In this document: piece after piece, positions 53,649 through 64,000 of the stretch
How positions within the stretch are numbered: position 1 is the stretch's first letter
How the letters are laid out: each line of letters starts with the position of its first letter
Program-made: the position numbers and the translations under genes
Sequence record: NC_105512.1
Direction: 5' to 3' (one strand)
Origin: Escherichia phage JLBYU43
DNA: 64,000 nucleotides
The notes under the pieces: generated by a model
Told to the model about the DNA's origin: nothing
The model's input: only the letters and a program-made list of their open reading frames with translations
Databases searched by the model: none

Positions 53649-53652
53649 TATT

Positions 53653-55725
53653 TTACCTTATATGGATATACCCGTTTTGCAGGTCTATCTTCATTTTGTA
53701 AGATCCCTCTGGATTAGAGGATAGTGCTGCTGCACGATCATATATAATATTTACACCAATTTGTGATAAGAAAGCGTTATTAGCAACAATCTTACTAGCA
53801 GTTACTGTACCATTAACTATCATATCACCATGTAAAATCATTGCAGGGCTAGCCCATGCTGAACCATTCCATTGTCTAGTAAATGCTGTTTGCGGAGCAT
53901 TACTATTAAACTCAGTTAATACATCGTATTTAACAGGTGGGGAACCAAAATTACTTTGGAAGAAGGAGTTAGCACGACTATCGTCCCATCCTCCTAACCC
54001 GGCCACTCCAAGAGAATACATGCCCGGACCTCTCTGGCCATCCGCACCAATAGTACCTTCAGTACCACTCCACTGAACCACATCAGACCAGCTAGTACCT
54101 TCAAGAAGTTTGTTAGTAACTGGGTCAAGTGTACCCGTAGTAGCATAGATATTTTGTGTCATATCTGTACGATTAGGTGGAGTTTTTGACCAACCAGGGG
54201 GTGGATAATCTTGTTCTAGCGGTTTAGCTGGTAGAGATGTTGCTAACTTATAAACAAATACTGTTTGTTTACCCTGTAATCCAGTACCAATATCTACGTC
54301 ACCATTTGGTGTTCCAATTACTACACCACTAGAAATACGTAGGGTGGTACCATCATAACGTATCCATTGTGTAGCATTACCAATATCTAATTTAGCTTTG
54401 GCAGAGGTATTATCCACGCCCATCCAAATACCAGAGTTATTATCTCCCCAAGTTTTACCTTGAGTATAGATTGCTGGGTTATCTTGGCCAGTTAGATTAG
54501 TCATTACAAAGTTAGCAGCATTGATAGTTTTGGTTATAACACTACCATCAACGTTAACTATCTTTTTAATAGGATCGAAAGATATTGGTGCTTTTCCTTT
54601 TGCATCCAGAAGACCTATATTAATAGCACCAGTAGCGGCATCAATTAAAAATGTTTGCTTCCACGTAGAGCCATCTTTAATCTTACCTTTAATATACGCA
54701 TAGTTTACTTCGATACCAGTTTCATTAACAAAACTATTATCAAGAGGAGTATCCTCATTTAGTATAAAAGTCTGTACTGCAGAATCTGTTACATCTTTAG
54801 CATCTGGCCCCCACGCTATAGAGGAGACTTTAAATTTATGCTCAATTTTCCACGGAAACGATATAATAGTTGCCGCTTGTGCAGCACCTACGTTAATTTT
54901 TTGGGCCTTAGTCCATCCAGTTCTTGCAAATTCTGCGGAGTCTATATAAGAAACGACAAATTCACGAACATTGGCTCCAGACCCCCTATTCCAATCCCAT
55001 TGCACACGTAAATCATAACGTTCTTTACCATCTGCAATTCTTGCAGCCTTGAAGGTAATATTGCTAGGAGCAGTGGGAGGTACAAAGTTATACTCTACAA
55101 CAAGAACTTTAGAAAACTCAAAGTATCCAGAGGAGTCTACAGTTACACCATCAGGCATAGTAACTTGCCCTGATATACGTACTTTATAATCCCCAATAGG
55201 AACACCACCAAATCTAATAGTTGGGGATAGTGGGCCTATATAATACTTTACCCACGGGCTATTTGAAGGTTGAGTACTTTTTAACTCAATAGTACAATAA
55301 CTAGCTTCTCCTGTAGTTTCTATAACTACTATAGGAGCACCTACGCCCACATCTACTGGATCAGCTTCTGATCTAGCGGCAGTAATAGTAGGTTTTCTCT
55401 TAGTACTAAAGGTAGTTTTATTGGATAAGTTTATACCAATTTTAGCCTCTAGTAATTCAGAATCTATAATAGAATCATAAAAAGCCCCTTGAACTTCATA
55501 AGAGGTTGAAGGGGTTAGATTATTAATCATTACGAAGAAAGTATCTATACCAGTATAATCACGTCTATCTATACTTTCTCCTATCTTTAACCAAAATGAT
55601 CTACCAATAACGTCATAGTCAGTATATATAGAGTGCTGGACATACGCCATTGTATATCCAGTCATTATACTATTTAAGACCATTTTGGCTGGTGCATTAT
55701 TCGAAATCATTAAATGGATGCCCAC
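53653..55725 (-). CDS. baseplate / tail tip protein (T5 pb4-like, by size and position)
   Basis: 690-aa beta-rich protein in the tail module; assignment by synteny and length. Confidence 0.5.
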   Translation of the reverse strand: MGIHLMISNNAPAKMVLNSIMTGYTMAYVQHSIYTDYDVIGRSFWLKIGESIDRRDYTGIDTFFVMINNLTPSTSYEVQGAFYDSIIDSELLEAKIGINLSNKTTFSTKRKPTITAARSEADPVDVGVGAPIVVIETTGEASYCTIELKSTQPSNSPWVKYYIGPLSPTIRFGGVPIGDYKVRISGQVTMPDGVTVDSSGYFEFSKVLVVEYNFVPPTAPSNITFKAARIADGKERYDLRVQWDWNRGSGANVREFVVSYIDSAEFARTGWTKAQKINVGAAQAATIISFPWKIEHKFKVSSIAWGPDAKDVTDSAVQTFILNEDTPLDNSFVNETGIEVNYAYIKGKIKDGSTWKQTFLIDAATGAINIGLLDAKGKAPISFDPIKKIVNVDGSVITKTINAANFVMTNLTGQDNPAIYTQGKTWGDNNSGIWMGVDNTSAKAKLDIGNATQWIRYDGTTLRISSGVVIGTPNGDVDIGTGLQGKQTVFVYKLATSLPAKPLEQDYPPPGWSKTPPNRTDMTQNIYATTGTLDPVTNKLLEGTSWSDVVQWSGTEGTIGADGQRGPGMYSLGVAGLGGWDDSRANSFFQSNFGSPPVKYDVLTEFNSNAPQTAFTRQWNGSAWASPAMILHGDMIVNGTVTASKIVANNAFLSQIGVNIIYDRAAALSSNPEGSYKMKIDLQNGYIHIR

Positions 55726-58559
55726 TCCACAGACTGTTCTCCATCATCTCCTTCTGCTCTAATACGAAAATATAGTTTTCTATTGATCCCTAGAGCACCA
55801 CTGTTATGAAGAGCAAAATCTGCCTTATTATACATTAATAAATAGTCATAAGTATATTGATTTTCAATGCGTACACTTCTTAGCATTCTATTCTGAGAAT
55901 CATAGATCTCCAGAGTGTAGAATATACTTTCTATTATATCTTCTTCCGGTATCCTATCCCAAGCTAGTTTTACATCCGGGCCGACAAACTCAGTTACATC
56001 TCCAGAGGCCGTATTAGTTACTCTAAAATTAGATACTACGCTTAGGTTTTTAGCAGAGTTAAGTTCTATAGATAATGTTACTGGAGAACTTCTTCTACCG
56101 TTTATATCCACAGCTCTTATTTCAAATATTGCTAAACCTGCAGGCTCTCCAATTATCTCTTGGATCATGCGTTCATTGGGATTTGTTTCTAGTTGCTGCA
56201 CAATATAAGGCTCAGCATGACCGGAATGCACAATAGAGTAATAAACTACGTTATTAGTTAAACTTGGAAGCCAAGATAGCTCACCATTTTTTCCTATAGA
56301 GCCAACTAAACCACCGGGTGTAGGAGTATATTTAAAATCTCTAGGAGGAAGAACATTGTTACTAATATCTGGTATATCATTACCACTATTATCTACTTGA
56401 TCAGAGTTGATAAATACATCTTCTCCATACTCCTGTAGGGTGACGTTTATCTTTCCTTCTCTAGAGTTTTCTACTTCATCTACTAAAAAGTATTTCTTAT
56501 CCCATCCATAACGGTCATATGTAAATGCAATAGCATCATTAGGCTCAATACCAATGAATTGATATGGCAAAGAAAATGAGAGGGTTCTAGAATATCTAGA
56601 TTTTTTAAGCTCTCTGTCTGCAAAACTTCTAGCAGTATAGTAGTTAGTTATATTTGCAAAAGATAACTGTAATTTTTTGTCTAGATTTTTATCTTGCTCT
56701 TTATATTTAGAGTTGTAAAAGGTAATAGCATTAGTTTTCCAGCTAAGAGCAGGATCTACGATAGATGCTTGAACTGAGTTGAATTTATTTCTACCAGTAG
56801 TATCTGATAGCTCTAAATCACCATAAGTATCCAGAAAATTAATCTCTAATGGAGTATTAGAGTATTTTTCTACAGTAATCCTATACTGGCCAGATAAGTT
56901 GTTAATAGCCCCACCGTAGGACTCTAGCAAACCTTGCACGTTTTTAAATACTGATTCAGACGTATCTAGAATAGTATTCATCTGTACTATTTGTCTATTT
57001 TCTGCTAATGGATCAGTCCACCCAACATATCTCCAGTATGGCTGCCAGGATACTTGGTAAGATTCATCTATAATATCTAAGATAGCAGCTTCTTGTACCA
57101 ATTGTTGGAGAGGGAACTGATCAATAGCAATGTTTGCACCATACCTATCTGAAGTTAAGTAGTCAAGTGTTTGCCAAATACCGTTTAAACTAGTATTATT
57201 AGCAGTTACTCTACCATCAGAATGATAGATTTTTATCTTCTTACCCTGAATCTCAGCACTAACTTCTGGAATCTCAGTTCTATTTTCATTAATAGTAAAG
57301 CGTACTACCGCGTATGCAGTATCTAATAGTTTATATCTAGCATCCCAGTACTCAGGCCCATTACCGTTCATATTTTGGAGGTAGAACCCACGTTCCTTCG
57401 CTATATTTACTAATACTTCAGAAGCCGTTTGATCAGCTTTTCCATGATAAGTCCAAATCCTTATATCACCATTACCATCATTATACTTATATTCCTGACC
57501 ATGCACAGAATGACTACTAGAAGATATTCCTGACGCTATTCTTTGCATGGTGTCTCCGGCTACTTTTTTAACACCGAAGCAGGTTCTAGCAGAGCTATCA
57601 TTAGAATCCATACAAATCATGGGATTATCACCAAAGGAAAAGTCAAGAAAACCGTCTATCTCTCCTTCAGCAAAAGCATATACTACATAAACTATATTAG
57701 GATTGTGTAATTCCGTATCCGCAAAAATAGGTATTCCCGGTATTTTCTGTACACCATAAACTACTGGTATATACTTAGCAGCAAGGTTAAAATCTATATC
57801 TACTTCTTTAGTAACAGTCTCGTAATACTTTTTAAGACTATAACTTCTAGATAGTCCAAATAGCTTTTTCTTAGACTTTAGCTTGTATCTTTCTTCCTGT
57901 ACCTGATACTTTGCTAGAATAGAGATACTTTTATTGGCGTGAAAGAAACCGTAGTCTTCTTGGTACTCAAGTCTTTTAGCCCCATTAGATGGAACTAATT
58001 GCCCTGCTACAACCTCAAGCCCCCTATGAGAAGCATCATCAGTAAATCTACCGTTAACCCTATCAAAATCATAGAATTGGTTAGAACAATTCCAAGTAAT
58101 TGTAGAGGTTCCAACCCCAGAAGTACTAATATTGTCCTTAATACCTCCACCAGTAATTCTCCCTCTAAAGTATAATAAAGGGCCATTTGTGTCTGGGTCT
58201 ACAGGTAAAATAGAACCATCCTCTGTAATAATTGCTTGGTGGATTGATACTAGTCTATCTAAAAAGGATACACCATTCTGCACTAATTTCAGTACTTCAT
58301 CCTGTGCTGTACCTGTAATAGTAAAAGATAGGCTGCCAATAGATAAATCTCTATTTTGTTTATGTGTGCTAATAGACTTAACTTTACCGGCCTGGTACAA
58401 AATACCATTATATAGTACATCTCTAAAATAGTCAGTTAAGTAAATAAAAGCAGTACTAGTACCAGTAGAGCCGGGTAATTCTAGAGAAATTAGACTAGCA
58501 GTTTTTATTCTGCTATTATTTTTTAAGTAGTTTCTAGCACTATCTAATATTTTTTTCAT
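55710..58559 (-). CDS. baseplate hub protein (T5 pb3-like, by size and position)
   Basis: 949-aa protein immediately after the Dit-like gene; assignment by synteny and length. Confidence 0.55.
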   Translation of the reverse strand: MKKILDSARNYLKNNSRIKTASLISLELPGSTGTSTAFIYLTDYFRDVLYNGILYQAGKVKSISTHKQNRDLSIGSLSFTITGTAQDEVLKLVQNGVSFLDRLVSIHQAIITEDGSILPVDPDTNGPLLYFRGRITGGGIKDNISTSGVGTSTITWNCSNQFYDFDRVNGRFTDDASHRGLEVVAGQLVPSNGAKRLEYQEDYGFFHANKSISILAKYQVQEERYKLKSKKKLFGLSRSYSLKKYYETVTKEVDIDFNLAAKYIPVVYGVQKIPGIPIFADTELHNPNIVYVVYAFAEGEIDGFLDFSFGDNPMICMDSNDSSARTCFGVKKVAGDTMQRIASGISSSSHSVHGQEYKYNDGNGDIRIWTYHGKADQTASEVLVNIAKERGFYLQNMNGNGPEYWDARYKLLDTAYAVVRFTINENRTEIPEVSAEIQGKKIKIYHSDGRVTANNTSLNGIWQTLDYLTSDRYGANIAIDQFPLQQLVQEAAILDIIDESYQVSWQPYWRYVGWTDPLAENRQIVQMNTILDTSESVFKNVQGLLESYGGAINNLSGQYRITVEKYSNTPLEINFLDTYGDLELSDTTGRNKFNSVQASIVDPALSWKTNAITFYNSKYKEQDKNLDKKLQLSFANITNYYTARSFADRELKKSRYSRTLSFSLPYQFIGIEPNDAIAFTYDRYGWDKKYFLVDEVENSREGKINVTLQEYGEDVFINSDQVDNSGNDIPDISNNVLPPRDFKYTPTPGGLVGSIGKNGELSWLPSLTNNVVYYSIVHSGHAEPYIVQQLETNPNERMIQEIIGEPAGLAIFEIRAVDINGRRSSPVTLSIELNSAKNLSVVSNFRVTNTASGDVTEFVGPDVKLAWDRIPEEDIIESIFYTLEIYDSQNRMLRSVRIENQYTYDYLLMYNKADFALHNSGALGINRKLYFRIRAEGDDGEQSVEWASI

Positions 58560-59170
58560 AGACTTTCCCGTAAATTTAATGAGATGTTGGAGTATGTTCC
58601 GTTATTATTTAGTGTAGATCCAAAAGCATCACCATTCATGAGTTTTGTTCTAAATAGTATTCCATTAAATACTGGCTTCTCCGCTCCAGTAGTAGTTATA
58701 AATAAATCAGGATATAAGTTTATGTACCATGTATTACCTGATTTGCTGAATGATGTTATTTTATATACTTTTGGGTGGCTAGACAGTTTAAATAAATCCC
58801 CAGGTTTTGGAGTACCTGTGAGAAGTCCCTTTGTATCCATGGTTATATTAGAACCTTTCTGTCCAGCAGGTATATTTACTAGATTAGTATTACCTCTAAC
58901 TCTGAAAGCTTCGTATTGAGGTAGTATAACATCTATATAACCACCAGTCCTTTTGTACTCTAGAATAAAAGCATCTAGAACACTATATTCATCTGGAAAT
59001 AATTCTGGATAAGAAATATTTATACCCCAGTATTGAGCAGATACCTTAACTTCGTTAACTTTACCATTTGGTAACTCATCACGAATTACTGGGTCATTAT
59101 CAATCAGGTTAACACTTTCGAATCCTAATCCTGAAAGTTCTGGATTCGTGTATGGGTCTGGTAATCTCAT
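58556..59170 (-). CDS. distal tail protein Dit (T5 pb9-like)
   Basis: 204-aa ORF directly downstream of the tape measure gene, the conserved Dit position. Confidence 0.6.
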   Translation of the reverse strand: MRLPDPYTNPELSGLGFESVNLIDNDPVIRDELPNGKVNEVKVSAQYWGINISYPELFPDEYSVLDAFILEYKRTGGYIDVILPQYEAFRVRGNTNLVNIPAGQKGSNITMDTKGLLTGTPKPGDLFKLSSHPKVYKITSFSKSGNTWYINLYPDLFITTTGAEKPVFNGILFRTKLMNGDAFGSTLNNNGTYSNISLNLRESL

Positions 59171-59253
59171 AGTTAATTTCTCCTCTTTAATAACAATATT
59201 ATAATAGTATTAGAAAATTTTATCAAGAAATTTTTATTTTTCCATAAAGAAAA

Positions 59254-59272
59254 GGAGGACTCAAAGTCCTCC
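59254..59272 (-). terminator. intrinsic terminator 3' of the tape measure gene
   Basis: GGAGGACT/AGTCCTCC 8-bp stem with 3-nt loop followed on the minus strand by TTTTCTTTAT. Confidence 0.65.
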
Positions 59273-59279
59273 TCCAGTT

Positions 59280-62200
59280 TTAAGAATTCCCTAATGTTTT
59301 CAGACTAGCACCGTTCTCATTCAGAGCTAATTCTACTGCGTCTCTTAGAGCACCACTATTACTAGAAGCAAACTCTCTAAAACTTGCAGCATCCATAGCA
59401 CTAATATTCAAGATGATAGGTCTTCCTGAAGTTGAGTTAGATGAGGTTTTTAGCTCATCATTAGGTGTAGCTTTCATAGGAACCATAGGTGTAACTACTT
59501 CTGTACCATGCTCACCCATTTGATAGCTAACCCCAGGGTACATATTACCGCCCTCAGCACGAGGAACGAAAGAGTTAGCACCACCTATACCTTTATCGCC
59601 TCTGATATAAGATAATTCACCAGCATTAGCAGACATAGACACATCTATATTCTTCTGACGTTCTCCTAAGGTTAGGTAACTAGTTGTATCCGCTCCAGAA
59701 TCAGCAATACTTGACATACTAGAAGCAGAAGATGCTTGAGCAAGAGCTAAGGCACCCGCCAAACCTGCCGCAACCATTAGTGGAATAGAGAACGGATATG
59801 GAACAGCGGTGGCCGCCTGCATTACAGCTACTGCAGTTTGGATAATAATCTGCTTCTTAGCTGCGTCTTGTTGAATCTTCAACTTTTCAGCTTCTAGTTT
59901 CTTCAACTTAGCTTTAGATGCTTCTGATTTACCATCACGTTTCTGCTCTGCTGCAATAGCCTGATCAATTGCACTAACCTGTTGACTAGTACTATATTGA
60001 ATCATAGAGGCCACAGTCTGCATACCTGCTGCGATAGTGGAAGTAGTGTCTAAAGACCCCATAGAGAACTGAATCATAGCATTGGTTAAATTACCAATGC
60101 TTTGAGCTACAGCAGTTGCTTCGGAATTTAACTCAGATAGTTTAGAAATTGCCTGATCATAAGAAGCCATTCTATTTCCCATATCAGCAAAATCTTTATC
60201 TTCTCCAGATAGTCCAGTTGTAGGGGTGTACACAGCACCTAAAGAAGATCCAACAGAAGCTTGCATCTCCGCATTTCTCTGTGCCCTTAAACCTGCTAGT
60301 TGTGCCCTAGTTTCAGCTATCTTTTTATTATATTCCGCTTGTGCCGCAGCATTACCTAATGTTTTCTGCTTTAAGTCTTCATATAATTTTAGCTGTTCCT
60401 GTAAGCGCTCCGCATTTCCCATTAATGGTTTAGCAGTAAATTGTCTTTGCTGTTCTTCCTCTCTACCAGCAGCCATTGAAGCAATCTGATCTTGGCGGAA
60501 TTTCCAGATTTCACGTTCAATTTGGGCTTGAGCACGTCTAGACTGCTCCATCTTAGCTTGGCCATTTTCTTGTTTAGAATATAGCTCAGTTTTTTCCCTC
60601 TCTAACTGTAGCTCTAGGTTTAGCTGTGCTAAACGATACTGAGTATCAGTCATAGTACGGTTATTTAAAAGGGCTATTTCTCTATCAACGCCAAGAATTT
60701 TATCTGTCTGATCTTTAACTTTCTTAGCATTCTCGAATCCCTGGGCTTTAGTATTAAGAATTTCTGTCTCTATCTTAGCCACCTGTTTTAATGCCTCAGG
60801 ATCATTAGGGTTAATGGCTAGCAACGCTTTTGCTGCCGTAAGCTGTTCTTGTTGTTGACGTAATAATACTTCTCTAGCTGCTGCCTCAGCCTTAGCCTTA
60901 TCCTTAGTCTGGGCGTAAACCTCATCCTTACGTTTAGCTACCTCTAGTGCATTCTGCTCAGTTTTATCCATAGCAGCTGCATACTCTGCTAGACCTTTCT
61001 GAGTAGTCTTCATTTGGTCTAGATTTTGAAAACCTAGATTTAGATTCTTAACTAAAGTATCTGTACTTTGTCCAGTTACTTTAGCAGTATCTTCTACTGC
61101 TTTTATAGAACTAGCTAAGTCACCGGCAGCTTTTTTAGCGTTAGTAATATTACCTGCCGCCATTTTTATATTATTTGCAGTATCACTAGAGCTTTTCTTT
61201 AGTTGGTCATAGTTCTTCTGTATCTCTGCAACAGCTTTGAGATTCTTAGGATCAACTTCGAATACTCCTGTTTCTCCCGGAATAGCAGTGGCAGCATACT
61301 TCATATTAGCTCCTAACTGCTTAGCTAGATTGCCATTACGTAGCAACGCCTCTCCAGTATCCTGCACTGCTTGTTTTAGAATCTTCTCAGTTTGAGCGCG
61401 TTCTTCTATTTCTTGGTTTTGACGAGCCAATTCATTAGTAAGTTGTACTACTAACTTATTACTTTCATCACCACCAATACCAAAAGCAGTCAATGCGTTG
61501 GCGAAAGGAGCAGTAGCCGCTTGTTTTGCTTTAAGATCATCTAACTGCTGTTTAATCTCCTGAGCTTTCTTAATACGAGCGTCACTTTCCTTAAGGTATG
61601 TATCTAGATCTTCTTGAGCCCCTACAGCATTCTCTATGAGAGCCGTAACATTTTCAGTAGGAGTGGTTTTAGCAGATGCACTACGTGCCATCGCAGAAAC
61701 CCTCATCTGGGAAGATTTAGTTTGGTACAAGAAAGTATTGATAGTATCAATAACTGGAGTTAAGTATGTTGCAGCACTTTGCTGTAGGCTTCTTAGGGCA
61801 GAGTTGGCGTTAGTAGCAAATTGTTCCCAAGAAGTTGCTCTAAGAGCATCATCTAGGTATCCAAATCTACGAGTAGACTCTGCAATAACTTCATTTGCGT
61901 ACGCCTGTTGTCTCTGATATGTAGTTAAGCTATCCACAGTATATTTAATACCTGTACTAGTAGCATTTAACTGTTTAACGTAGTTTGCATACGCATCGTT
62001 AAGACGAATAGTAACACCAAGTTCATCCAGAAGTTCAATTTCTTGTTTTGATACACCCTTAATTACACGGTTAAGTGCATCAGTCATATCAACACCAAGA
62101 ACAGCGGCAGCACGACGAGCTACTAAACCAAACTGCTCTAATTGCTCACTGTCAAATCCGTAGGCTGAAGCAGTAGATGCTTGACGCATAGCTTCTTCAA

Positions 62201-62939
62201 AGGATACAGCACCATTAGTAGCATTTTGTAGTGCTAGAGCTAGTGTCTGTACTGGTGTACCTGTCATAGAGCCAACAATAGTACCAAACTGTTCCAATCT
62301 GTTTAGCTGATCACCTACTTTTAGATTATCAAGAGCAGACTGAAGAACGAATATATTAGAAGCAAAAGCTGCGTATAATATAGGTAAACCACCACCTACT
62401 TTAGCCATTGCTGCGAAGTCACGAGTAGCTCCGCGTGCTGAACCAGAAGTATTACCAATAGCTCTAGAAGCTCTACTTGCGGCACCTGCTGTGTTATTAA
62501 ATCCTTTAGCAGTACCACCTAAAACCCTGTTAGTATCGTATAATCTATCATAGACTTTTTCTGTTGCAGCTGCAACATCATTACCCATTGCTTTAACAGA
62601 CCTAGATACTCCATTAAATCCAACTTCTAGTTTGTCTGCTACTTCAATCATTGTAATAGCTAAGTCATCCAGCTTAGCACCTATATCATTAATAGATTTA
62701 GTAACGCTAAGCATACCTCTACTAGCTTGCATTTTAGTAAGACTTTTTGCTGCTCTATCCGCTGCCCTCTCAATGGAGTAAAGGGTTTTGGGCATTTTAC
62801 CTAACTGCTCATTTGTCAGTTCGGAAGCAGCAGCAGCATTTTCCAACGCATCAGATACGTTTTCAATAGACTTTGCAGTACGAGTTGCCCCCTTCTGTTT
62901 AACGTCTATTAGTAATTCTCGTATTAGCTTATCAGTCAT
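59280..62939 (-). CDS. tail tape measure protein (T5 pb2-like)
   Basis: 1219 aa, largely alpha-helical/coiled-coil and Ala/Gln/Lys-rich with a hydrophobic segment near the C-terminus; length equals T5 pb2 as recalled. Confidence 0.8.
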   Translation of the reverse strand: MTDKLIRELLIDVKQKGATRTAKSIENVSDALENAAAASELTNEQLGKMPKTLYSIERAADRAAKSLTKMQASRGMLSVTKSINDIGAKLDDLAITMIEVADKLEVGFNGVSRSVKAMGNDVAAATEKVYDRLYDTNRVLGGTAKGFNNTAGAASRASRAIGNTSGSARGATRDFAAMAKVGGGLPILYAAFASNIFVLQSALDNLKVGDQLNRLEQFGTIVGSMTGTPVQTLALALQNATNGAVSFEEAMRQASTASAYGFDSEQLEQFGLVARRAAAVLGVDMTDALNRVIKGVSKQEIELLDELGVTIRLNDAYANYVKQLNATSTGIKYTVDSLTTYQRQQAYANEVIAESTRRFGYLDDALRATSWEQFATNANSALRSLQQSAATYLTPVIDTINTFLYQTKSSQMRVSAMARSASAKTTPTENVTALIENAVGAQEDLDTYLKESDARIKKAQEIKQQLDDLKAKQAATAPFANALTAFGIGGDESNKLVVQLTNELARQNQEIEERAQTEKILKQAVQDTGEALLRNGNLAKQLGANMKYAATAIPGETGVFEVDPKNLKAVAEIQKNYDQLKKSSSDTANNIKMAAGNITNAKKAAGDLASSIKAVEDTAKVTGQSTDTLVKNLNLGFQNLDQMKTTQKGLAEYAAAMDKTEQNALEVAKRKDEVYAQTKDKAKAEAAAREVLLRQQQEQLTAAKALLAINPNDPEALKQVAKIETEILNTKAQGFENAKKVKDQTDKILGVDREIALLNNRTMTDTQYRLAQLNLELQLEREKTELYSKQENGQAKMEQSRRAQAQIEREIWKFRQDQIASMAAGREEEQQRQFTAKPLMGNAERLQEQLKLYEDLKQKTLGNAAAQAEYNKKIAETRAQLAGLRAQRNAEMQASVGSSLGAVYTPTTGLSGEDKDFADMGNRMASYDQAISKLSELNSEATAVAQSIGNLTNAMIQFSMGSLDTTSTIAAGMQTVASMIQYSTSQQVSAIDQAIAAEQKRDGKSEASKAKLKKLEAEKLKIQQDAAKKQIIIQTAVAVMQAATAVPYPFSIPLMVAAGLAGALALAQASSASSMSSIADSGADTTSYLTLGERQKNIDVSMSANAGELSYIRGDKGIGGANSFVPRAEGGNMYPGVSYQMGEHGTEVVTPMVPMKATPNDELKTSSNSTSGRPIILNISAMDAASFREFASSNSGALRDAVELALNENGASLKTLGNS

Positions 62940-63022
62940 GTTTTATTTTTCCCAATAAAAAAGGCTCTGGGCAAATCACCCAGAGCCAAGCCTCATCGTG
63001 GAACGCCCATTGGAGGAAACTT

Positions 63023-63391
63023 TTACCGTGCACGAGATCTAGCATGTGGCTTAACGTTAGGAATCCTTCCGTTTTGCGGTTTATGCTTCTCAGCACGTTT
63101 ACGTGCAGCATCTACAGCTTTAGCATCAAATATATTGATAATGTGTAGAACAAATTCTTTTTCTATAGGATCAGTAATCCCATAAATATCAAATAAAACA
63201 CCTAGAGCAGCTTTGTCTTTACCTATAAAGATAGGGAAGTCACCAGGTATGAAACAGTCAATTAGACTATTATAAATATTCATACTAGTAGCTACAATAG
63301 GTGGAAAGTCTTCAAGTTCAACAGGCATGGCCTTAGGATCAGGCTCTATACCCATTGATTCACAAAGTATTAAATATTGTTGTTTAGTCAT
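63023..63391 (-). CDS. putative tail assembly protein (122 aa)
   Basis: ORF-track ORF between the chaperone-like gene and the tape measure gene; its frame is open upstream to 63478, overlapping the preceding ORF. Confidence 0.45.
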   Translation of the reverse strand: MTKQQYLILCESMGIEPDPKAMPVELEDFPPIVATSMNIYNSLIDCFIPGDFPIFIGKDKAALGVLFDIYGITDPIEKEFVLHIINIFDAKAVDAARKRAEKHKPQNGRIPNVKPHARSRAR

Positions 63392-63452
63392 TTTAGATGC
63401 TGAGCTTTTAATACACTTATCTGCAAAATCAGCAACAGCATCTAGTAATTCT

Positions 63453-63857
63453 TTACGCTTTTGAGCTACGAAAAGTATCTAAGTGGAACACTGTCTGGTT
63501 GATCCAAGAATCAAACGCAGCAGAGTTCTGCATAAGCATTACAGCATTATCACGACTAAATGGAACTTCAGTAGCAGGATCGGCATCTGTTTCGATCAGC
63601 ATCAGTTTTTCAACGTCACCTACGGTCAAACCAGTCCAACCTTTAATCGCAGCATCAACGAAGGCTTCAATGAACTTATCATCATCCTGTACCTGAATCA
63701 AAGTACCATTAACCCACTCATCACGCTTAGCAGAAGTGATAACTCGTTTAGAAGTAGCACGAGACATATAATTAAGCTCTAGCTTAAAGTTCGGCATACC
63801 TGGGTATGAAAGAGTGACAGTACGAGTTTCAAGGGTAATATCTTTTAAATTGATCAT
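63453..63857 (-). CDS. putative tail assembly chaperone (134 aa)
   Basis: Small acidic ORF upstream of the tape measure gene; start overlaps the stop of the upstream tail gene (ATGA). Confidence 0.5.
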   Translation of the reverse strand: MINLKDITLETRTVTLSYPGMPNFKLELNYMSRATSKRVITSAKRDEWVNGTLIQVQDDDKFIEAFVDAAIKGWTGLTVGDVEKLMLIETDADPATEVPFSRDNAVMLMQNSAAFDSWINQTVFHLDTFRSSKA

Positions 63858-64000
63858 TTCTTTATTTCTCCAAAGAAGTCGATTCTTACCGGATCAGAGT
63901 CTGCAGTAGGGATTACATCCCATTCAACTCTGTATATATCCGAGAATTGTAGGCGTTTTGTTATACGTGCTGAAGGGAAGTCAATCGAAATATGTTCATT
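63854..64000 (-). CDS. tail structural protein, C-terminal fragment (possibly major tail tube); 5' end beyond window
   Basis: Frame open from the window end to TGA at 63854-63856 (...NEHISIDFPSARITKRLQFSDIYRVEWDVIPTADSDPVRIDFFGEIKK*). Confidence 0.45.
   Translation of the reverse strand, partial: NEHISIDFPSARITKRLQFSDIYRVEWDVIPTADSDPVRIDFFGEIKK

Noticed and set aside
60226-61917. Plus-strand ORFs 60226-60489 and 61636-61917 inside the tape measure gene
   Set aside because: Antisense to a long, clearly coding frame; Ala/Cys-rich artefact translations.
63391-63478. Lambda-like G/GT programmed -1 frameshift for the tail chaperone pair
   Set aside because: The -1 frame after the upstream ORF hits a stop within five codons; only the +1 frame is open. 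Kept as a low-interest finding.
1-64000. CRISPR arrays, integrase or attachment sites, rRNA genes, transposons
   Set aside because: No regularly spaced direct repeats with unique spacers, no tyrosine or serine recombinase ORF, no rRNA-like sequence; gene content fits a virulent T5-like phage.

Overview
This window reads as a T5-like virulent siphophage (Tequintavirus-type) genome segment; no single novel system could be confirmed from sequence alone. Layout: (i) 1-6000, a minus-strand tRNA cluster with CCA-encoding tRNAs, several non-canonical tRNA-like elements and small ORFs; (ii) 6000-19400, minus-strand early genes (HNH homing endonucleases, SleB-like hydrolase, DEDD exonuclease, RNase H, ThyA, DHFR, NrdB, NrdA, PhoH); (iii) 19650-49450, plus-strand genes (NrdD, a Sir2-domain protein, a P-loop replication protein, split NAD-dependent ligase, DnaB-like helicase, primase, family-A DNA polymerase, SF2 helicase, SSB-like protein, SbcCD-like nuclease, flap endonuclease, dUTPase); (iv) 49477-64000, minus-strand tail genes (L-shaped tail fibre, baseplate proteins, Dit, tape measure). 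Transcription is punctuated by about 30 near-identical sigma70 promoters (TTGCTT-17-TATAAT; two match the published T5 promoters as recalled). Best candidates for follow-up are the Sir2-containing accessory cluster (23236-25667) with an in-frame TGA splitting a HAD-like ORF, a perfect 69-bp in-frame tandem duplication in an SPFH gene, a doubly frameshifted T5orf172 gene at the window start, a 700-bp untranslated region upstream of the replication protein, and degenerate tRNA-like elements. All calls are from manual translation and folding; coordinates of RNA and regulatory features are approximate to a few nt.
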